Positions 8,979-16,539 of a stretch of 64,000 nt of DNA are shown one piece after another. Every line of letters starts with the position of its first letter. The stretch's first letter is position 1. Where the stretch lies: the NCBI GenBank assembly GCA_016235255.1, contig JACRLM010000031.1, positions 43,763 to 107,762 on the forward strand, given 5' to 3'. A program made the position numbers and the translations under genes. Under the pieces are notes generated by a model. It was not told the origin of the DNA, did no database searches, and was given only the letters and a program-made list of their open reading frames with translations. This DNA is from Nitrospinota bacterium (GTDB lineage: Bacteria; Nitrospinota_A; UBA7883; JACRLM01).

Positions 8979-9749
8979 CTACCCCACCCTCACAATCTTA
9001 CCCGGCCTGTCCTGCCCGGCCACTTCAAACGGTGTTGCGCCGCCGGGCAATGCTTCTTCCGCCATCTGGCGCACCAGATGTGGATTATTGTTCGTTTGCG
9101 ACACGTGGGCGAAGGTGATCCCTTGCAGGTTTGCGTGAACCACGTTTTTCACAAGCTCGAGGCATTGCCCATTTGAAAGGTGCCCGTTGCGGCTGGCGAT
9201 GCGTTGCTTCAACTCCCACGGGTACGGCCCGGCCTTTAGCATCTCGGGATCGTGGTTTGATTCCAGAATCATATAATCGGCCCCGGCTATTTTGCGCTCC
9301 ATAAGCCAGGTCACATATCCCGCGTCCGTCGCCACCGCCAGGCTGATTCCGCCCACCCTGAATATAAACGCGCAAGTGTCCCGCGCGTCGTGCGGGATGG
9401 AGAATGACACCACCTCTATCCCGCATGCGTCAAAAGCGCTTCCGGTGGCGAAATGCTCCACCCGGGGCAATTTCCCCAACCTATCCTTCACCGCATGATG
9501 GGTCTCCCGGTTCATGAATACCGGAACTTTCAAATTGCGCGCAACCACTCCGGCGCCTTTCACATGGTCGTTATGTTCGTGGCTTACCACGATGGCCTTG
9601 ATGTGATCCGGACGTATCCCCGCCTCGCTCAACCTTGCCAGTGTTCCTTTCGCGGAGAAACCCGCGTCCAACAGAATTCCCTCCCGCTCACCGCCAATGA
9701 ATATGGAATTGCCGGACGAACCGGAGCCGAGGACGCAAAGACGCAGCAT
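8979..9749 (-). CDS. MBL-fold metallo-hydrolase (YycJ/PhnP-like)
   Basis: HEHNDHVKG (the HxHxDH metallo-beta-lactamase motif) together with downstream His/Asp ligands. Confidence 0.75.
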   Translation of the reverse strand: MLRLCVLGSGSSGNSIFIGGEREGILLDAGFSAKGTLARLSEAGIRPDHIKAIVVSHEHNDHVKGAGVVARNLKVPVFMNRETHHAVKDRLGKLPRVEHFATGSAFDACGIEVVSFSIPHDARDTCAFIFRVGGISLAVATDAGYVTWLMERKIAGADYMILESNHDPEMLKAGPYPWELKQRIASRNGHLSNGQCLELVKNVVHANLQGITFAHVSQTNNNPHLVRQMAEEALPGGATPFEVAGQDRPGKIVRVG

Positions 9750-9756
9750 CGGAATG

Positions 9757-10704
9757 TTAATCCGACACCAGCATGTGATATAACAGCGGAATCATTATCT
9801 CGTGATGGCCCGTGATGGATATTCCGCGCCCGGCGCCCTGGATGGGGCGGTTCACAACGTTCACGGCGGGGCGGTAATGCTGGATCATGTCCATGTTCAC
9901 GGTCATAAATTCCGAAACATCGCTCCCCAGATTCCGCGCGGCGGAAAGCGCCTTGATGAACACCTCCGGCAATATCACAGACGAGCCGACGTTAAGGTAC
10001 ACCCCGCCGCCGCCGAGTTGGGAGACGACGCCGGTGAACAGGCGGAAATCGTTCAGCGTGGCCCGACCCGTCGCCGCGCCGTCCACGTTCGGATGGATAT
10101 GCACGATGTCCGTGCCGATGGCGGCGTGGACCGTCACCGGGATTTTGCGGTCATAACCGTTCGCCAACAGCGACAATGCGGCGTTGGGCATTTTTGATTC
10201 GGCGATATACCGCCCGATAGCTTCCCCCATGCCGGTGTCGCCAGTGGCGAACTTTTTTAACGCACCGTTAAAATGCGCCGCCGTCTCCTCCACCATGCCA
10301 AAGCGCCCTTCTTTTATTTCCACCGCCACATCTTCGCTGGTGGCCCCGTTAAACGCTATTTCCAGATCGTGCACCGCCCCCGCCCCGTTCATCGCCAGCG
10401 CGTCGAGGATGCCACGTTCCATAAGGTTGATGAGGATCGGCGGCATGCCGCACTTGATCACATGCGCCCCGATGGCCATCACAACGGGTTTGCCTTTGGA
10501 CTTTGCATCGCGTATGGCGGACACCACCTTGCGCAAATCATTCGCCTTTAGTATCGAAGGGAGCAGATCGGAAAACTTCCCGCTTTTTTGATACGCCGCC
10601 ACGTCCGCGAACATCCCGGTGGTGACGAGGCTTTTGCGCCCGGCGATCGGGTATGACCCGATTTTCGAAAAGTCCGCCGGTTTGAATTTGTATCCGTCCG
10701 CCAT
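9757..10704 (-). CDS. Deoxyhypusine-synthase-like NAD-binding protein (bacterial DHS-like family)
   Basis: The product is ~315 aa. KPVVMAIGAHVIKCGMPPILINLMERGILDALAMNGAG, HAAIGTDIVHIHP and GGGGVYLNVGSSVILPEVF follow the architecture of deoxyhypusine synthase (TIFLGYTSNLISSG..VLVTTAGG, FSPALTDGSLGDM, ILGGGVVKHHI). The gene ends 8 nt before the MBL start, so the two are probably co-transcribed. Confidence 0.4.
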   Translation of the reverse strand: MADGYKFKPADFSKIGSYPIAGRKSLVTTGMFADVAAYQKSGKFSDLLPSILKANDLRKVVSAIRDAKSKGKPVVMAIGAHVIKCGMPPILINLMERGILDALAMNGAGAVHDLEIAFNGATSEDVAVEIKEGRFGMVEETAAHFNGALKKFATGDTGMGEAIGRYIAESKMPNAALSLLANGYDRKIPVTVHAAIGTDIVHIHPNVDGAATGRATLNDFRLFTGVVSQLGGGGVYLNVGSSVILPEVFIKALSAARNLGSDVSEFMTVNMDMIQHYRPAVNVVNRPIQGAGRGISITGHHEIMIPLLYHMLVSD

Positions 10705-10929
10705 TTATTTAATCAATTCCATGAATTCATCCAACGTCAGGCCAGCCTGCTCGATTATGTTCACCAGCGTTCCCTTTTTTATGTCCCTGTTCTGGTGATG
10801 GGGGACAACCACCCGGAAGCCCTCTTTCTTGAATATTTTATGGCTCCCCTTTTGCCGATGCTCGATAAAGCCCGCCTTCACCAAGGCTTTGACCACTTCA
10901 CGGCTTTTTAGCGTGGGAGTTTTCGTCAA
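10705..10929 (-). CDS. hicA: HicA-family type II toxin (mRNA interferase)
   Basis: 74 aa; KSREVVKALVKAGFIEHRQKGSHKIF...VVVPHH is typical of HicA. Confidence 0.8.
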   Translation of the reverse strand: MTKTPTLKSREVVKALVKAGFIEHRQKGSHKIFKKEGFRVVVPHHQNRDIKKGTLVNIIEQAGLTLDEFMELIK

Positions 10930-11147
10930 ACGCTGGCTTCCACCTCGAGGAACAAACGGTTTTCCTCCGGGACGGGCAATCCGTCCGCCTCCAAGCTTTC
11001 AATATAAAGGTCCATAGCTTCCTTGATGTTGGCTATGGCCTCATCATAAGTGTCCCCTTGTGAAATGCACCCGGGCAACGAAGGGACCAAAGCGGTGAAT
11101 CCCCCTTCTTCCTGTGGTTCAAGGATGACCTTGTAATAGCGTTTCAT
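10926..11147 (-). CDS. hicB: HicB-family antitoxin
   Basis: MKRYYKVILEPQEEGGFTALVPSLPGCISQGDTYDEAIANIKEAM is the HicB (UPF0150) N-terminal fold. GGAG lies 6 nt upstream of the ATG at 11147. There is a 4-nt overlap with hicA. Confidence 0.75.
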   Translation of the reverse strand: MKRYYKVILEPQEEGGFTALVPSLPGCISQGDTYDEAIANIKEAMDLYIESLEADGLPVPEENRLFLEVEASV

Positions 11148-11231
11148 GATATCTCCGCTTTCCAACAATTACCTGGCGGCAAGTTTCTTTGTTTATTATA
11201 GCTATCCCGCGCGCCGGGGAGCCATTTATAT

Positions 11232-12695
11232 TTACCCGCCGAACCGGCCCATGATGCCGTTAATAATGTTCGTGGTGGACTTGCCCGCCACCAGCGGCAC
11301 TATCTCCACCCTGCCGCCGCGTTTCTCCACCACGTCGCGCCCCACCACCGTGTCCGGGGTATAGTCTCCCCCTTTCACCAGGATGTCCGGCGACACGGCC
11401 TTGATAACGTTGATCGGCGTGTCCTCGTTGAAAACGGTGACAGCGTCCACGCATGAGAGCGCGGAAAGAACTTTTATCCTGTCGTCCTGCTTTGTCAGCG
11501 GCCTGTTTTTACCTTTGATGCGGCGCACGGAAGCGTCCGAGTTAAGGCCCACCACCAGCGCGTCGCCAAGGGCGCGGGCCTTTTCCAGATAATGGACATG
11601 CCCTGCATGGACGATGTCGAAACAGCCGTTGGTGAACACCACCGCCCGTCCCTCGCCCCGGAGTTTTTTGGCGTATTCCGCCGCCTGCGCGCGGCTCTTC
11701 ACCTTGCCGTTTCCAGCCTTGTCGGGCATAAGCCTGTCGAGCACTTCGCGCCGGGTGACGGCCCTTGCGCCCACATGCCCCACTTCGATGGCGGCCGCCA
11801 CGTTGGCGATTTTCGCCGCCTCTTCCAGCGGCAGCCCGGCGAAAAGCGTGACGGCCAGCGCCGCTATCACAGTGTCCCCAGCGCCGGTGACGTCAAACAC
11901 TTCCAGCGCCTCAGCGGCGAAATGCATGCTGGCTCCATCTTTGCCAAACACGCTCATCCCCTCGTCGCCGCGGGTGATGAAGATGTGCTCGGCGCCGGTC
12001 ACTTTGAAAAGCCGCGCCGCCGCCGTGCGGTAATCCCTGTCCGTTTTTATCTCCACCCCGGAGGCCAGCGCGGCCTCCTTGCGGTTCGGCGTGATGATGG
12101 TGGCGCCGGAGTATTTGGAATAGTCGCGACCCTTCGGATCGACTATCACCATCTTGCCCGCTTTCCGGGCGCATTTTATTATCCGCGCCGTGACGGCGGC
12201 GGGAAGCGCCCCTTTGCCGTAATCGGAAAGGATCACCCCGTCGCACTTTTTGACGGCGCCTTCCACCCGCGCCACAAGCCTGGCCTGGCCTTTGTTGTCA
12301 GCGTCCGCCCTGCTCTCCCGGTCCACCCGGAGCATCTGCTGGCGCATGGCGATGAACCTTGTCTTGCGCGTGGTGGGGCGTGCCGGGTCGGTGACAAGGT
12401 CGGCCGGGCTGATCCCTTTTTTCTTTAGCAGCGCCTTTATGGAATCCGCGCCGTCATCATCTCCCAGAAGGCCCACAAGCCGGGCCTTGGCCCCAAGGGC
12501 GGATGCGTTTGCCGCCACGTTCGCCGCGCCGCCTAAAATCTCCTCCTCGTCGGTCACTTCCAGCACCTGCGCCGGGGCCTCGGGCGATATCCGCTCGATA
12601 TGCCCCCGCACATACCTGTCGAGTATCACGTCCCCCACCACCAAAGCGGTGGGCCGCCGCATTCCGTTCAAAGCATCGAATAGCCGCTTGTTCAT
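11232..12695 (-). CDS. hldE: Bifunctional D-beta-D-heptose 7-phosphate kinase / D-beta-D-heptose 1-phosphate adenylyltransferase
   Basis: The N-terminal ribokinase-like domain has GAGDT. The C-terminal cytidylyltransferase domain has VFTNGCFDIVHAGHVHYLEKAR. Confidence 0.9.
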   Translation of the reverse strand: MNKRLFDALNGMRRPTALVVGDVILDRYVRGHIERISPEAPAQVLEVTDEEEILGGAANVAANASALGAKARLVGLLGDDDGADSIKALLKKKGISPADLVTDPARPTTRKTRFIAMRQQMLRVDRESRADADNKGQARLVARVEGAVKKCDGVILSDYGKGALPAAVTARIIKCARKAGKMVIVDPKGRDYSKYSGATIITPNRKEAALASGVEIKTDRDYRTAAARLFKVTGAEHIFITRGDEGMSVFGKDGASMHFAAEALEVFDVTGAGDTVIAALAVTLFAGLPLEEAAKIANVAAAIEVGHVGARAVTRREVLDRLMPDKAGNGKVKSRAQAAEYAKKLRGEGRAVVFTNGCFDIVHAGHVHYLEKARALGDALVVGLNSDASVRRIKGKNRPLTKQDDRIKVLSALSCVDAVTVFNEDTPINVIKAVSPDILVKGGDYTPDTVVGRDVVEKRGGRVEIVPLVAGKSTTNIINGIMGRFGG

Positions 12696-12701
12696 CTGGC
12701 G

Positions 12702-13406
12702 TTATATTTCCCCGTTGTCCGAAAACGAATAGTACCGCCCGTCACCAAAAATCAGGTGGTCGAGCACTTTTATGTTCATCAACCGCCCCGCCTCCGCCAT
12801 GCGCCGGGTGAGGTTTATGTCATCGTCAGAAGGGTCAGGATCGCCACTGGGATGGTTGTGCATCAGGATCACGCCGCAGGCGGACTCCCGGATGGCGGGG
12901 TTGAACACTTCCCTGGGCTCCACCACCGCCGCCGTGATTCCCCCTTCGGAAACTACGACAGTCTTTATTATCCTGTTTTTCGCGTTAAGCAGCGCCACGC
13001 GGAACGTTTCCTTGCGCAGGTTCTTCATTTGCGGCTGATAAAGTTTGGCCACGTCCTCGCTGGCCCGCACTGGGGTGGAAGCTGTGTCCCTGCCGGACGA
13101 CGAGAACCTGCGCCCAAGCTCCAGGCCCGCCTTTATGCTTATGGCCTTCACCTCGCCGATCCCCTTCACTTTTTTGAGCTCGCCGATGGAGGCTGCCTCC
13201 AGCCCGCTAAGGTCCTCGAATGTCCTTAAAAGTTCCCTTGCCAGGTCCAGCGCGTTTTTCTCCCCCACGCCAGATCCGATGAGGATGGCGATCAGTTCGG
13301 AATCCGAAAGGCTGGACGCCCCGTTTCGCAGAAGCTTCTCCCGCGGCCTGTCATTCTCCGGCCATTGCTTGATCGCTTCCCTGAGGGCGTATTTTTTAGG
13401 TGGCAT
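12702..13406 (-). CDS. radC: RadC-like JAB/MPN-domain protein
   Basis: HNHPSGDPDPSDDD is the JAMM motif. The N-terminal helix-hairpin-helix reads LKKVKGIGEVKAISI. Confidence 0.8.
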   Translation of the reverse strand: MPPKKYALREAIKQWPENDRPREKLLRNGASSLSDSELIAILIGSGVGEKNALDLARELLRTFEDLSGLEAASIGELKKVKGIGEVKAISIKAGLELGRRFSSSGRDTASTPVRASEDVAKLYQPQMKNLRKETFRVALLNAKNRIIKTVVVSEGGITAAVVEPREVFNPAIRESACGVILMHNHPSGDPDPSDDDINLTRRMAEAGRLMNIKVLDHLIFGDGRYYSFSDNGEI

Positions 13407-13440
13407 CCTTTAATCTCCGCTTGTGGAGGAGGCCGCGCCG

Positions 13441-14379
13441 TTATACTTCCAGCTTGGTCAGGTAATAGTCTATCGTTTTACGGAGCCCTTCCTTGAGGTT
13501 CACCTTCGGCTCCCATCCCAGCTTTTCCTTCGCGCGGCTTATGTCCGGCCGGCGCTTCTTCGGATCGTCCTGCGGCAGGTCGTGGAATGTTATCTTGCTA
13601 GAAGACCCGGTGCGCTCAAGCACCACATTGGCCAGTTCCAGTATGGTCATCTCCGCCGGGTTGCCTATGTTCACAGGCTCGGTGACGTTGGAGTAAAGAA
13701 GCTTTACGATCCCCTCCACCATGTCCGTTACATAGCAGAACGACCGTGTCTGCGACCCGTCGCCATACACCGTCAAGTCATCCCCCCGCACGGCCTGACA
13801 GACAAAATTGGTGACCGCGCGCCCGTCCTCCACCCGCATGTTCGGGCCGAATGTGTTGAATATCCGCAATAGCCTGATGTCCACCCCGTGCTTGCGGTGA
13901 TAGGCCATCGTGGCGGCCTCCGCGTACCTTTTCGCCTCATCGTAGCAGGAGCGCGGCCCGATGGAGTTCACGTTCCCCCAATATGTCTCTTTCTGCGGAT
14001 TGATCTCCGGGTCGCCGTATATCTCCGACGTGCTGGCGATCATGAACACCGCCTTGTCCCGCAGCGCCACATCAAGACAGGCGTGGGTGCCAAGCGATCC
14101 GGTCAACAGCGTCTCCACGGGATATTTCAGATAGTCCGGCGGCGAGGCTGGCGAAGCGAAGTTCATCACATAGCTGAAAGGTCCTTTGATGTCCATCAAG
14201 CCCTTGGTGATGTCCCTTTCGATATATGTGAACTTCGGCGATTTGATATCGCTTATGTTTTCCAGCGATCCTGTGATCAGGTTGTCCACGCACACCACCT
14301 CGTGCCCTTCGCCAAGAAACCGTTCGCAAAGGTGCGAGCCGATGAAACCGGCGCCGCCCGCTATCAAAAATCTTGCCAT
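13441..14379 (-). CDS. UDP-glucuronate decarboxylase (UDP-xylose synthase) / NAD-dependent epimerase-dehydratase family
   Basis: LIAGGAGFIGSHLCERF is the Rossmann motif. YDEAKRYAE is the catalytic YxxxK. The protein is ~312 aa and lies directly downstream of ugd. Confidence 0.7.
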   Translation of the reverse strand: MARFLIAGGAGFIGSHLCERFLGEGHEVVCVDNLITGSLENISDIKSPKFTYIERDITKGLMDIKGPFSYVMNFASPASPPDYLKYPVETLLTGSLGTHACLDVALRDKAVFMIASTSEIYGDPEINPQKETYWGNVNSIGPRSCYDEAKRYAEAATMAYHRKHGVDIRLLRIFNTFGPNMRVEDGRAVTNFVCQAVRGDDLTVYGDGSQTRSFCYVTDMVEGIVKLLYSNVTEPVNIGNPAEMTILELANVVLERTGSSSKITFHDLPQDDPKKRRPDISRAKEKLGWEPKVNLKEGLRKTIDYYLTKLEV

Positions 14380-14392
14380 CGCAATTTTCCTT

Positions 14393-15688
14393 TCAGGCCC
14401 TTCCTATGCAGTAATACTCGAAGCCGGAGGCCCTGATCCTGTCGGGATCGTATATGTTCCTGCCGTCAAAAATCACCGGCGTCTTCATAAGGCTCCTGAG
14501 CCTTTCCGCGTTCAACAGCCGGAACTCCCGCCATTCGGTGACAATCACCAGCGCGTCCACCCCTGTGGCGGCGGTGTATGCGCTGTCGCAATATTCCACG
14601 CCGGAAGGGAGCGTCTTGCGGCTGTTTTCCATTGCCACCGGGTCATACGCCTTCACGGCGGCCCCTTTTTCCACGAGGGATTTTATTATCTCCGCCGATT
14701 TGGCCTCGCGCATGTCGTCCGTGTCCGGCTTGAACGCAAGCCCAAGCACGCCGAACCTGCGCCCTTTCATATCGGGAAACCGCTTGTATATCCTGTCCAT
14801 GAAGTGGGACACGCGGTTATCGTTCACGCTGAGCACTTCCTTTAGCATCCCGAACGGCGTGCCAAGCTTGCCTGCGGTATAAAGAAGGGACATCACATCT
14901 TTCGGGAAACACGATCCGCCGAATCCAAGCCCTGCGTTAAGGAATTCATGCCCGATCCGCCTGTCCGCCCCCACTCCCTTGGCCACGTCCTTCACGTTGG
15001 CGCCAACGGTCTCGCAAATATCGGATATTTCGTTGATAAACGATATTTTAAGGGCCAGAAACGCGTTGGACGCATATTTGATAAGCTCCGCCGAAGGGAC
15101 GTCCGTCACCAGCACCGGCGCCCCCAAGGTGTAATAAAGCTCCAGCAGCTTTAACGCCACCTGCTTGGTTGGCGCGCCTATCACTATCCTGTCCGGGCTG
15201 AGCGCGTCGGCAATGGCCGAACCCTCGCGCAAAAACTCGGGATTGGACACCACGTCGAATTCCTGCCCGTTGCTTTTAGATTCGTTTATCACGCGGCGCA
15301 CCAGGTCCCCCGTGCCGACGGGAACGGTGCTTTTGTTGACTATAACCTTGTATCCATTGAGGTTTTTTCCGATTGTCTTGGCGGCGCTTTCAACATATGA
15401 AAGATCCGTCCCGCCATCGTCCTTCGGAGGGGTGCCCACACATATGAAAATGATTTCCGAAGTATTCACCCCACCGGCCACATCAGTGGAGAAAGTCAGG
15501 CGGTTTTCGTCCATGTTCCGCTTGACCATTTCTTCGAGCCCCGGCTCGTAAATGGGCATGATTTTCTTGTTAAGGGAGGCCACTTTCGCCCCGTCCACGT
15601 CCGCACAGTTCACATCATTGCCCATGTCGGAGAAAACGGCGGCGGTGACAAGCCCGACGTAACCTGAGCCAATAACGCAGATTCGCAC
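14393..15688 (-). CDS. ugd: UDP-glucose 6-dehydrogenase
   Basis: MRICVIGSGYVGLVTAAVFSDMGNDV and the catalytic GGSCFPKD motif are present. Confidence 0.9.
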   Translation of the reverse strand: MRICVIGSGYVGLVTAAVFSDMGNDVNCADVDGAKVASLNKKIMPIYEPGLEEMVKRNMDENRLTFSTDVAGGVNTSEIIFICVGTPPKDDGGTDLSYVESAAKTIGKNLNGYKVIVNKSTVPVGTGDLVRRVINESKSNGQEFDVVSNPEFLREGSAIADALSPDRIVIGAPTKQVALKLLELYYTLGAPVLVTDVPSAELIKYASNAFLALKISFINEISDICETVGANVKDVAKGVGADRRIGHEFLNAGLGFGGSCFPKDVMSLLYTAGKLGTPFGMLKEVLSVNDNRVSHFMDRIYKRFPDMKGRRFGVLGLAFKPDTDDMREAKSAEIIKSLVEKGAAVKAYDPVAMENSRKTLPSGVEYCDSAYTAATGVDALVIVTEWREFRLLNAERLRSLMKTPVIFDGRNIYDPDRIRASGFEYYCIGRA

Positions 15689-15867
15689 CTCTATTTCCTC
15701 GTTAAAGAATGAAAAGCAAGGGGTTATTATAGCGTATAAGCGTTTTCATGGAAGGGAAATTAAAGCTTTCAGCCAGTTCCGTGCCGCCGGCATGGTCATA
15801 GGGCCAGCGGTGGGATATAATCTTGCGAGGTTGTAACATTTAGTAATCAGGGAAGTGACCGGAAGTT

Positions 15868-16452
15868 ATGGGCAAAGTATCGTTGAGACGAGGGTCGGAC
15901 GCCGCGCGAAGGAAAGCCGCAGAGACCATAGAGGCCACCATCATCCATCAGAGGCAAAAGGAACTTACGGTTGGGCGGTGGGATTTCGTGGTGTTCGGCC
16001 CTTCGCGGGATAGGGGCAAAGCTGTGGCCAGGGTGTGCGTGGCGGAGCATATGATCATCCAGAAGGCTCCGGTGTACCTTGCGGCTGTGGGGGATCCATC
16101 GGTGATCGGTGAACCGGGCCTTGTGCCCATCGAGGAACTGACCGGCGGGGACGTGGCCGAGGAACTTTTCGGCCTTGAGGTCTATCACATTTCCCCGCTG
16201 CGCCCAATAGACGTGGTGGAAAGAAAAGAAAACGTGGATTTGGACCGGCTGCGCGGCATTGTGATAGAGGAATATTCCGGCCTGAACATAGCCATAATCG
16301 AAACACCCGACGAGGCGGCGTGGAGCGTTTCCGCGCTTCAATACCTCAACGATTGCGACGATATTTTTCCCGACCAGCTTATGAGCGCCATCCGCTCCAC
16401 CATGCGGGACACTTCCATAACCTTCCGCCAGCCACCGGGGCTTATAAACTAG
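15868..16452 (+). CDS. Hypothetical protein (acidic, 194 aa), divergent from ugd
   Basis: Good GC3 codon bias in this frame and no recognisable family. The overlapping minus-strand ORF 15847..16341 is His-rich antisense junk. Confidence 0.35.
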   Translation: MGKVSLRRGSDAARRKAAETIEATIIHQRQKELTVGRWDFVVFGPSRDRGKAVARVCVAEHMIIQKAPVYLAAVGDPSVIGEPGLVPIEELTGGDVAEELFGLEVYHISPLRPIDVVERKENVDLDRLRGIVIEEYSGLNIAIIETPDEAAWSVSALQYLNDCDDIFPDQLMSAIRSTMRDTSITFRQPPGLIN

Positions 16453-16539
16453 CTTTTCCAGCCATTTTTACCGTGCCGCTCCGGCATGATTATAACGCCG
16501 CATTATTACAATTATTGTTCAAAGCGGCGTATATTAGTC

